DNA of 64,000 nucleotides from Octopus sinensis (Eukaryota): NCBI RefSeq assembly GCF_006345805.1, contig NC_042997.1, positions 72,354,001 to 72,418,000 of the forward strand, given 5' to 3'. Positions 11,301-23,300 of this stretch are shown here, piece after piece. A program made the translations under genes and the position numbers. Under the pieces are notes generated by a model. It was not told where the DNA came from. It worked only from the letters and a program-made list of their open reading frames with translations, and made no database searches. The first letter of the stretch is position 1, and each line of letters begins with the position of its first letter.

Positions 11301-14300
11301 GTACACAGTATCAAACAACAAACAGCCTGGACATGTTTTATGCAGAGAACTGGAAACAAACAATACTATTTGACGAGTTTTTTGTTTGCACAACATGTCA
11401 AGAAGCCTGAATATCCTTTTGCAGTGAACTGCAAGCAACACTGTCAAGAAGCGATTGCTTGCAAACCAGTGAACATGAGGGAAATACAAATTCACACACA
11501 CACAAACATACAGGCTTCTTCAATTTCCATCTAATCAAATCTAGATAATGTTTTAGTCAGCCTAGGGTTATAGCAGAAAACTCTTGACGAAGGTGTCATG
11601 CAGTGAGCCCAAAACCACATGGCTGGAAAGCAAACTTTTCAACCATACAGGTATATCTGTGCAAAAATAGTAAATGGATTATACTTTTTTTAAATAAAAA
11701 AGTGCACAATAAACACAATGTTCGAATATAATATGTAGATAACTTTTGCAGTAAAGGGCAACTAACAGCAGTAAGATAATTTGGTTGTGTAAAGTTGTTT
11801 GAGAATATTTCAACAGTATCTTATAAAGAAAAGTCAAGTACTTAGCTACCAGTTGGAACTAAATTTGTTTCCATTAGCCTTTGTATAACTTTTTAATATC
11901 TAGGCAACAAAAATATCTAAGTATGAACTTTTGTAATAGATAAAATAAGTAGTAAGTATAAGAGGTAAAGAAAATCTATAGGCATACTTCAAGCATTATG
12001 AATTCTGACAAAACACTTAAAAGCTATGTAAAACTATGAATGTTTATTGATGTGTAAATGTTATTCTATGCAAATAAAGTTATATGTTACAGCTAATTTC
12101 ATTCAATTTAGTTTATGTGATCATAAACAATTTCTTTGATGTGAGGAGTCTCCTAATTTGATGATCTGAACAAACCAATGTTTCAAATACAATAACACTG
12201 TTAAAGATTAGACACTCATACACACCTCTAAAATTTAATATAAACATTCAGAGTAGCTACACACTAATTGAGCTTATTTCATACAGTTAATCTTCCACAT
12301 TAACAACCTCTGTATCCTAGATTTTTTCCAACAGTTAACCAAGAATTAAAATTAAAAAATATTATTTATTCTCAGAAAAATACACACCCAGGATTTAACT
12401 GGTACAGAAAGATAACTTTTTAATTTTACTAACCAAGCTGACCTATTTAACAGTGAAGGAGGACGGTCCAAAAGCATTGTAGCATGAGTGAAAACAAGGT
12501 AATGACAGTTCAGACAGTTCATATCTCTGCTGGCAACAAAGGGTTTCTTTCTCAGAGTAAAGGGTAAACTGCATAATGTTTCTGTATGATGTGCAATGAT
12601 TACAAGGTAGCAACATGTGCACTTTTACGGAGGAGAATTTGTAAATGCTAGTGAAAAGTGGAATATGCTAAACTGGAAATATAATGCTAGTGCATATGAA
12701 CAACGAAATGCAAATTAACTAAAAGAAAACCTGGATGTTAGAGAAATCGAACACAATGGGCAAGACAGAGGAATTCTGCTGATGCACATGGAGGATGTCA
12801 GTTGTATCAAGTGTTGAGTGCTCCAAGAGGTTGAACCCATGAATGAAACAGACCTAGAAGACATGTGATGAAGCAATACACACTAATCTCAAGAAACTGA
12901 ACTTCACAAAGGACTACAAAGAGTGGCTACATTTGATGCTGGAGAAGACCTGCTTATGCACACAAGAACAGCAAAACACAGTAAAATGATGGTAATGAAG
13001 GTCAGAATATACATCTACATTTGAGTTACGTACCCATTACATTCCAGTTAAGTCTTCATTTACAGTGCTGACATCTTCATTATCATTTCTCCTATCATTA
13101 CTATGCCACATGTATGGATGAAGAGCGACATTGGATTTGTTCATATTCAACCCACACTACCATCATCTATGATTTTTCTACTTTTCTCCTGTGAAGCCAT
13201 CTATGTAACAATGGCACTGACTGTCTGTGTTCAATCTCCACCTTCCATTACTATCCTTTATTGTGAACCATCTCTCTCTCATTCTCTCCATTACTTGTTC
13301 ACTACTTTATCATTCACTATTGACAGCCATCACTCTCTCTTACTATTACCCATATTTACTGGAGCTCATTACTCTCTCTTCTATCATTCATTGTTGACAT
13401 CCATCATTCTCTTTACGCCATCAATCACACTTGCATTACACCCTCTTTCATCAGCCTGCTTCCCTCCTATCACACATAATCTTCCCCTATCATGCTGCTC
13501 ATAATGTTTTTCAATTCAACCCCTTCACCAGCAACCAACATGTAGCTGCCCATTACTCTCCCTTCCATTACTACCAACTCTTCATCCTCTCATCTACCTC
13601 ATTCCCACATATCATTTGTGTAACAAAAGATGGCATCAGATCTGTTTCTATTCAATCTCCATCTATCATCATTCGTCTTCATTATTATTACTAACCATCA
13701 GTCTCTTTTGCATGCTCTCATTATCCACTTCCTTGTTACTCATTATGGTCATCAACATAATTTCTCTTCTATTCATCCTTTTGGTCATGTTGCTTTGAAT
13801 GAAGAGACTATGTGAAACTCTTTGCACACACCATAGAAAAGGCAATCTTACTACTAGAGCTGGTGCCACAACAAAATGTACCAATACACTCTGTAAAGTG
13901 GTTGGTGTTAGGAAAAGCATGCAGCCATAGAAACCATACCAAAAATTAAACATAAGCAAGATGTTCCTGACTCGTTTAAAAAAAGAGAATCTTCAAATGA
14001 GAACAGGCTCAGACCATGACAATTAATTCAACCAATTGCCAATATGGAAAGTATAACGTGGTGGTGGAACAATATTGTAGACAGGGCTATTAGAGAAAAG
14101 AGACAGGCTTGGAAGGTCTGGAAAAATGGGGGTAGCAGGGAATTGTATCAGACTGCCAAAAGAGAAGCTAGGAGACAGGTTTATTTAGCCAGAGGGGAAG
14201 CAGATAAGAAAAAATTTGCCAATGTTCTGCGCCGTGAGGACCAAAGACTGGAGGTGTTTCGTGTTGCAAGACAGTGTGTGAGAGAGAATCGTGATGTGGT

Positions 14301-17300
14301 AGGAGAGAAGTGTGTTCGCATGGAAGATGGTTCACTTACGCTAAATGAGGATGCAAAGAGAGAGGTTTGGAGATGCCACTATGAAAGGTTGCTGAATGAA
14401 GAAAATGAATGGGATAAAGAGAGTCTGCCGAATGTTGACCCAACAGAGGGACCAGCTATCCGAGTTGATAGTTCCGTGGTAGCTAAGGCAATTAGAAGCA
14501 TGAAGACAGGGAAAGCCCCAGGCCCATCAGGAATCACTGCAGAGATGCTCAAAATGTCTGGTAGTGTCGGCTACAGCCTAGTCACCCGTATAGTTAATCA
14601 GGTGATACACAAAGGGGTCATACCCAATGACTGGTGTAGCAGCATAATAGTCAACTGCTACAAAGGTAAAGGTGATGCCCTAGATACAAATAACTACAGA
14701 GGTATCAAGCTGTTGGACCAGGTGATGAAGGTTACGGAGAGGGTCATAGCCCAACTAATTAGAGAGAGAGTTAGTTTAGATGAGATGCAGTTTGGGTTTG
14801 TGCCAGGGAAAAGTACTACTGATGCTATATTCCTGGTAAGGCAGCTGCAGGAGAAATACCTAGCCAAAGATAAGCCCCTGTACCTGGCTTTTGTTGACAT
14901 GGAGAAAGCCTTCGACAGGGTCCCCCGATCCCTTATCTGGTGGGCAATGAGGAAACTAGGGATAGATGAATGGTTAGTGAGAGCTGTGCGGGCCATGTAT
15001 AGGGACACCGCTAGTAGGGTGAGGGTTGGAAATGAGTACAGTGAAGAATTCCGGGTAGAGGTAGGGGTCCACCAAGGCTCAGTACTCAGCCCCCTCCTAT
15101 TTATCATAGTCCTCCAGGCAATAACGGAGGAATTCAAGACAGGATGCCCTTGGGAGCTCCTCTATGCTGATGACCTTGCTCTAATTGCTGAGTCGCTATC
15201 AGAACTGGAGGAGAAGTTTCAGGTGTGGAAACAAGGATTAGAATCGAAGGGCCTCAGAGTCAATCTAGCTAAAACCAAAGTCGTAATCAGTAGGAAGGTA
15301 GACAAATCACAAACACCTTCAGGTAGATGGCCCTGCTCGATCTGTAGAAAAGGTGTAGGTAGAAACTCTATAAGATGCACCAAGTGTAAGCTATGGACAC
15401 ATAAGAGATGCAGCAATGTCAAAGGAAGGCTAACTAGGAAGATGGTTTTTGTATGTGGCAGATGCTCAGGAACAATAAACACTGAAAATGCTCTGAGACC
15501 AACTTCCGTCACTTTCCAGGGAGAAAAACTAGAAATAGTTGATAGTTTCCGTTACCTAGGTGACCAAGTCAGCAGCGGGGGCGGGTGTGCTGAAAGTGTA
15601 ACTGCTAGAGTAAGAATAGCTTGGGCAAAGTTCAGAGAGCTCTTACCTCTGCTGGTGACAAAAGGCCTCTCGCACAGAGTGAAAGGCAGACTGTATGATG
15701 CGTGTGTACGAACAGCCATGCTACATGGCAGTGAAACATGGGCCGTGACTGCTGAGGATATGCGTAAGCTCGCTAGAAATGAAGCCAGTATGCTCCGATG
15801 GATGTGTAATGCCGGTACTCACACTCGGCAGAGTGTAAGTACCTTGAGAGAAAAGCTGGACCTAAGAAGCATCAGTTGTGGTGTGCAAGAGAGACGTTTG
15901 CGCTGGTATGGTCATGTGGCGAGAATGGATGAAGATAGTTGTGTGAAAAAGTGCCACACCCTAGCGGTTGAGGGAACCTGTGGAAGAGGCAGACCCAGGA
16001 AAACCTGGGACGAGGTGGTGAAGCACGACCTTCGAACTTTAGGTCTCACTGAGGAAATGACTAGAGACCGAGACCTCTGGAAGTGTGCTGTGCGCTAGAA
16101 GACCCGGCAGGACAAGTGAGACCATAACCCGTGGCCTTCTACATGGGATGGAGCCAGCCTACGTATGCATACCTTCCCTTCTTGGGACACAAAACTCTAC
16201 TTGTGAAGACGTGTTGAGGCAAGTGAGGATCAGAATCGAAATCAATCAATGGAAATTGCGGATGTGCTACCAGTGCCGGTGGCATGTCGAAACTCTGCTT
16301 GTGAAGACCTCGTTGAGGCAAGTGAGGATCAGAATCGAAATCGATCAATGGAAATCGATCAATGGAAATTGCAGATGTGTTACCAGTGCCGGTGGCATGT
16401 AAGAGAACTTTCCGTTTTGCGGCCGTTGCCAGCACCGCCCCGTTTCGTGTCCGTTGCCAGCCTTGCCTGGCCCTCGTGCCGGTGGCACATAAAAAGCACC
16501 ATCCGTTCGTGGCCGTTTGCCAGCTCTGTCTGGCACCAGTGCGGGTGGCACGTAAAAAGCACCCACTACACTCACGGAGTGGTTGGCGTTAGGAAGGGCA
16601 TCCAGCCGTAGAAACACTGCCAGATTTGACTGGGCCTGATGAAGCCTTCTGGCTTCACAGACCCCAGTAGAACCGTCCAACCCATGCTAGCATGGAAAAC
16701 GGACGCTAAACGATGATGATGATGATGAATTGCCAATATGGAAAGTAAATAGATGATGGTGATAAATTAAAATAGGAAAACAATGATATGTTAGTTGTTT
16801 TCAAACAAAACTATCAGGCATAACATATATATAAACTTTTAATGAAATTATAACTTCTTTTTATGACAAGCATATGAAATGTCACAATTTTTGCAAGTTC
16901 AGATTCTGCTAGAGGTATTAAATTTGAGCATTTCTATGTTTTTATACTTGAGATTTATACAACCAGGCAGAGATACCCTCAAATGTTACTTCCAAAATCC
17001 AAATTATAATGTTCAAAGTAGCCAGAGACTAACTAAGTTTAATTAATAGTCACCTACATCATCATCATCATCTCAGAAACTGACAGAAAACTACAGAAAA
17101 ATCTTCTTTGAATTTCACTCTCACTTGAATGGTAAGTGTACAAAATAAACTTTTAAAACAAAACCTTACATTTTCTCTTGTCACTCTACAATCTTTGTTC
17201 CATATAAGAATGGGAGCTGGCAGGGAGAGACTGCTGGCTCAAATTTGAACACTTGCATGTTTCTTGAATAATTATATAATTGGATACTCTTTCTACACCA

Positions 17301-20300
17301 AACAAATCAACTATGAATCAAGAAGGAAGCCTCTTTGCACATAACTTGCAAGAAATAGCAGCCAAATCAACCTCAAATCACTTCCTATCATTTTATATAA
17401 AACAGTATGCATTTGGTAATGAAGTCCTTGATAAGCAAAAATGTAGGATGGTTACTATTTGAAAGCAAGAAATTAAATAATAACTGCAAAACAGGTAAAC
17501 TGAAAGTGATCATCTGTTAATACCTTATTCTAATAATGGTTCTAATTAATATTGTAATTTTTTAAGTGAGCAATATTAAATTGTATAAACTCTTCTAACA
17601 TTTTATTAAAATCACGCACTATATTAAAATAAAATCATATTTACCTGGCATAATGCTCTGTTCCGAATTTGAACATAGAGTGCTTTTACGTGAGGGGCTA
17701 AATACATATCCAGTAACAATGTGTTCTAAAAATCAAAAATATCAATAGCAAAATCATTAAGTAGCAAATCTCACAAACACATATATAATAGAAACTAATG
17801 AATTATAACCACTAACTGATGGGTTCATTTTGTATCACTAAAATATTATATATTTCATATTTCTACAACAAATTGTTAATGTTTTCAAAGTAATATGCTC
17901 TTTCAAAAGATGATTACTCAGTCATTAACTTTTAGTTTGTTGGCCCACAAAAAAATTTAACACAATGTTTCCATACTTCCCATGTGTAAAAAAAACAAGG
18001 CCCATGTCAAAGTCCAAGCATTGACTTCCTGCATCAGTAATCAAATACTTTAAACTGTGTACATTAAGAATTTTCAGATTAAGCTATTTCAAATATTTAC
18101 ATAGACAAGCATCTATCAAAATTGATAAAAATAAAGCTCAGAAAATAGCAACGATGCACTTACTTTAATCTCATCTAGCAGTTTAAGGCAGGAATCATAT
18201 TTTGATTGGTAAAACATATGTAAAATATCACGTAGCTGAGAATCAGATTCCAAGAATAACTTAAAAGAGCTGCAATGTAAACAAGATGTTTAATGGAAAA
18301 TTGATAAAAAAGCATAAACTTTATAATTAAAATTCTGGAATAGAGACAATAACATTATTTAATACAGACTAAGGTAATACAGTTTTTTTTAATAAGTTAA
18401 ATATATTTATGACAAAAGAGATTTTTACATGATGAAAATAGAACAATTCTGCAAACCTAGGATCCTCAAACCAAATACTTCCATATTTGAGCATTCTTTT
18501 AATTATCATCAATATCATCAAACACACAATTTTCAAATAAGTTTGCCAAAACAATAGTTAAGAGAACATATACATGGAACACTACCATCCTTTCAGGAGA
18601 ATTTTTAAGTGTGCAGAGCACAGTGTATTGAAAGAAAAGTTGGACATAAGAGTGTGCACGAGAAGAGACTGCACTGGTCATGTGATGTTGCATAAAGAAG
18701 TGCTGATCACTTAAAGTGGAGGAAAATTGTGAAAGATGGAATACCAGGAAAACATGGAACAAAGTATTAAAGGTGCATCTCAAAACACTAAGCTTACAAG
18801 GGAGATGACAGAGGACCAAGAAACATAGAACATTGCTGTACTCATGATGACTTGCTCACCACAACAGAGGTGATATCCTAAAACCAAGATGCCACATAAA
18901 AAGTACTGGTGATGGTGTTGTGTAAAAAGCACTCAATACACTCTGTAAAGTAATTGGCATTAGAGCATCCAGCAGTAGAAACCAAGCAAAAACAGACTAA
19001 GGAACTTCAAGAGTTTCTTCCTTTGTCCACATTTTATCATTAACATCAAGGTATTCCAACAGGCTGCATTCAGATAACATCAATTTTCATTCAAATGAGA
19101 GTATTAAGATGATATTTATCTGAAAACAATTTTGCACTAAAACAATACAGTTGCCCAATTTAAAAAAAATTTCTAGATCTATCATGAACAGCAACATACA
19201 TCTGCTGATCCAACCTCTTGACAGCAGGGGTTAGATAGATGTATGTTAAGACGTTAAACCTAAACACAGTTTGCCATGAGTTTAGCGCCTGTGTAACAAC
19301 ACTTGTCATCTGCACTTAAAAAAATTATTAGAAATATATAGAATATTTTCTAGATATATACTTACCTACTAGAGATGACATTTTTTTGAAGTTCTTGTCG
19401 ATCAAACGACGCCAAAGCACACAAGGCTCCATAAGTGGCAACATTGCTTGAAGATAACAGCTTGAAAAGTATCAAAAAATAAACCAAATTTAACGAGCAT
19501 TCAGAAAAAAAAAGAATTCATCTAAGAGGCATAACTCATGTTAAAGAGAAATAACTCTTGGGGAAATAAAATTAAAGATGGTATAAAATTTTAAACTGAA
19601 AACTGATTTGAAAGTGACGCAAATCTTTAAAAAATTCCAGTCTGTTGTATTCCACAAACTTCATTAAAAATGCACGTATTTTATATTATTAATAAATGGT
19701 AGTAAAAATAAAGAAAAAATATAAAGCAGGATTACACGACAGCAATCTATTTGTGAGTATATAAATACATGTTCATTTATAGATAAAACAATTACCTCAG
19801 GATATTTAAAATTATCAAAAGAAGCTTGCAAGAAATTTTTAGCAGCTGATTTGTATTTGCCCGTAGCTAAGTCAGCAAGTCCAGCCGCACATTTCAACTT
19901 TGTCTGTACAACTGGATCCACCTCCTTCTGAAAAAAATGCCAGGAAACAATAGCATTTCTCCTTTAAATAAACAATAAAACGACTGAAACAGAAGACAAG
20001 GATTAGTAATTAACATAGAATTAAAAATTTCTTACAAGGTTCATTTTGAATTGGCCATCCATTTTACTTTTTGAGAATGTAACTCAACATGGAATAAATT
20101 CCCTCCTCCCCCAAACAAAAATGCTTTTTATAGATAGTAGTGAGATCCTGTTGGTAGTTTCCATAAAGTGTGATAGTGGTTGCCATGTACTCTCTCTCAG
20201 GAAGGCAATTAAAAATACAATAAATGAAGTGTATAAATACAGGGTCATCCCATAAATAATGCAGTCTTTTTATACTCCTTTATTTCTCAAAATTAAGATA

Positions 20301-23300
20301 AATAAAGTTCTTTGCTTAATCTAAAATATACTCTCTTTCATTTTCTACAATGCTTTTCCATCTATCTGACACACTTGTAAGGCCCTTCTTCCAAAATTCA
20401 CGTGTCTGTGAAGAAAAATGTTCCTCCAGTGCTGTTCTGACCTCGTCTACAGAGTTCATATATTTTCTGTCCAAATGATTTTGAAGACTGCATTATAAAT
20501 GATAATCAGATGGGGCCATGTCCAGTGAATATGGTGGGTGGAGCATCGTTTTTCATTTAAACTGCTCCAGCCTTGGAATGTCATTCTCCCTGTATGTGGC
20601 CAAGCATTATCTTGAGGGAAGAACTCCTTTCGTTTTGAAACCAAAGATGATCATTTTCCTTCTAGCGCTGACTTAAGCCAATCAAGCTGCCTGCAGTTGG
20701 TCTCCTCTGTTATCATTTGGTTTAGGTTTAAAAGTTCATATTGGACTAAACCTTTCACATCCCACCAAACTGGTAACAACATCTTACGTGGTGAAGACCT
20801 TCTTTAGCCTGGGGTGCCAGTGTCTCTCCTTTCCCTACCCAGTCTTCAGAGCTTGACATTTTTATAGAGAACCTATTTCTCGTCACCAGTCACTATTCGG
20901 TCCAAAAAAGATTCATTCGTGAGACATGACAGCAAAAAAGAGCACACATTCATTCTCTGCACGCGATTAGACTCGAAAAGTTTGTGAGGAACCCGCTGAC
21001 CCAATTTGCTGACTTTCCCGAAGGCACACAGGTGTCGATGAATGGTTAAATGAAAAATCCAAGCTTCTCTGCTAGTTCCTCAACAGTTGCGATGGGATTT
21101 TGTTCCAGCAGGGTTTTGCAGGAAATCCTCATCAAACTCTACAGATCTTTTAGGAGAAGGCTTATCTTCTAGGCTGTAATTTAAGCTTGGAATTTCTGGA
21201 AACACTGCTGACACTGGCTTACACTTATTGTCCGACCCCCATACACTACATTAATATTCCTCACACTTTCTGTTGCATTGTTGCCTTTATTGAACTCATA
21301 AAGCAAAATATGCTGTTTTGTCACTACTATTATAGCTTTGAAAAAATAATTAAAATGGAATTGCACACTTCAAAACTTGCACTAAGAATAAGTACAAGGT
21401 AAAATTACTACCTGCTTTTATAGCAAGTTGCTGCAGGTATTTCATCCTGTCCCCCTCTGACATTTAGTTCATGCAATTGAAAAAACTGCGTTGTTTATGG
21501 GATGACCCCATATATGTATATATATATATATATATAAATATATAAGGCAAATAAGAAAATGGAGAGGATATACAATCAACAAACAGCCAGTAAGAATTCA
21601 ATTATATCTATTTATTAAATGATTACAAACATGTGATTGAGTGATACAAATTAACGAATGGAATAAGTCAATAACTGCATAAACAGATATATATACATAT
21701 ACATACACACATATATATATATGTATACACATATACATATATAGAAAAAAATGAATAATAATAGATGAGTGTACAGGTACTAATCCCTTATGGCTGTTTC
21801 TACCATAAAACAACAAAAACTTCCAAGTTATCTTCATCATGTCAGTAATATTCAGGGATGAACAAACACTGGACTGAGTGTTGATAATGGATGTGCCCCT
21901 AGCCTTCTTCAGAGGATCGAAATATTAGGGAACTAACATGTGTGGAAAGTCAGTTGAAAAATAGAGTAGAGTAGGGTAAAATAAAATCAAATAATGTGAT
22001 AGACATAGTAAGAAAAGTTAAGGTAAGGACTTCAATTAAGGTGTTAATATAATCCATGGTATTCCATCCTGTGGTAAGTAGATGCATAAAGTCACACTCA
22101 GGAGGAATTTCCACAGGCTATGGTTTACATTGTGTTTCCATGAAATAGCAAAGGTAGTAATGTAATGGGCTTAATGGTTTGGTCCATGTTACAAGGATTA
22201 GAGGTTAAATGCTAACTGCTATTTAGTAAATATAGCATTATAAAAAGAGTTGGCAGAAATAACTTAGATTAAACCCATTAGAGGAAGTTTAATACATGAG
22301 TATATTAATGAAAGAAAATTGGGTGAAGCCTAAATGCGATGCTAATATTAGTTACTTCTTGACTGAAACCTAATCCCAAAACCCCTATATGTAGTTGGGT
22401 GGGGTCAGGATTAATCCTACAACCTAATTGATCATCTAATATTTAAAAACAATGGTATTGTTCAAGTCCATTAGGGCTATCAATGAATTCCAAGACTGGT
22501 AAAACAAAAGTATAAAAATCAAGCAAAATAAAATAAAAGATATAGATAAATACAAATATCAATATAAGAATTTTCACAGTGGGCTTGCCAGATTCAGCAG
22601 AAGCGACTGACTTAATAGAAATCTACTTTTAAGACAACATAAACAAGGAATTCCCAGAATTAAGAGGTCTGTATAGGGACAATGCACCCTTTATAGTTAA
22701 AAATCACTTGAATAGACGCCTAGAATTATTAAAGAAACGACTACACAAGTTCTTCAGTAGATTTGGTCTCTCTATAACTATAGAAAACAAAAATTACTCA
22801 ATTAACTACTTAGACGTAAACTTTAACTTGAACACTAGACTGCATGAACCGTATATGAAACAGAACTCCAACTTAAGGTATATAAATAACTTCAGTAACC
22901 ATCCCCAACAAACAAAAAGAGCCCTTTTGAGAAATATAAGCAAAAGAATCTCAAATCACTCCTCAAAAATGAAGAGATTTTTGATAAGCACAAGGATAAG
23001 TATAATACAGCACTAAAAAATGCAGGGTATAAGGATAAAATTAAATAATTTCCCTGTAGCAGTAGTAGTAGTAATAATGATGATGATGATGAGAATAATA
23101 TGAATACATGATACAAATAATAATAGAAATAATGGAATTAAAATTAAATTTATAAATTCTAGTAAGAAACGCAGATGTAAGAAAGAAGGAATGAATAACA
23201 TAAGAAATCCTAAACAGGCACATATCATCAGCCCCATAAATTGTGATAATAGTGACCCTAATGATAGGTATAACAATAATATTATTATTAATAATAAAAG

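Noticed and set aside
13100-13800. 133-aa and neighbouring S/L/H-rich ORFs
   Set aside because: Low-complexity pyrimidine-rich antisense of decayed repeats.
16100-16620. Regularly repeated blocks that could be read as a CRISPR-like array
   Set aside because: Eukaryotic context, no unique spacers of constant length; the blocks are part of the RTE 3' UTR.
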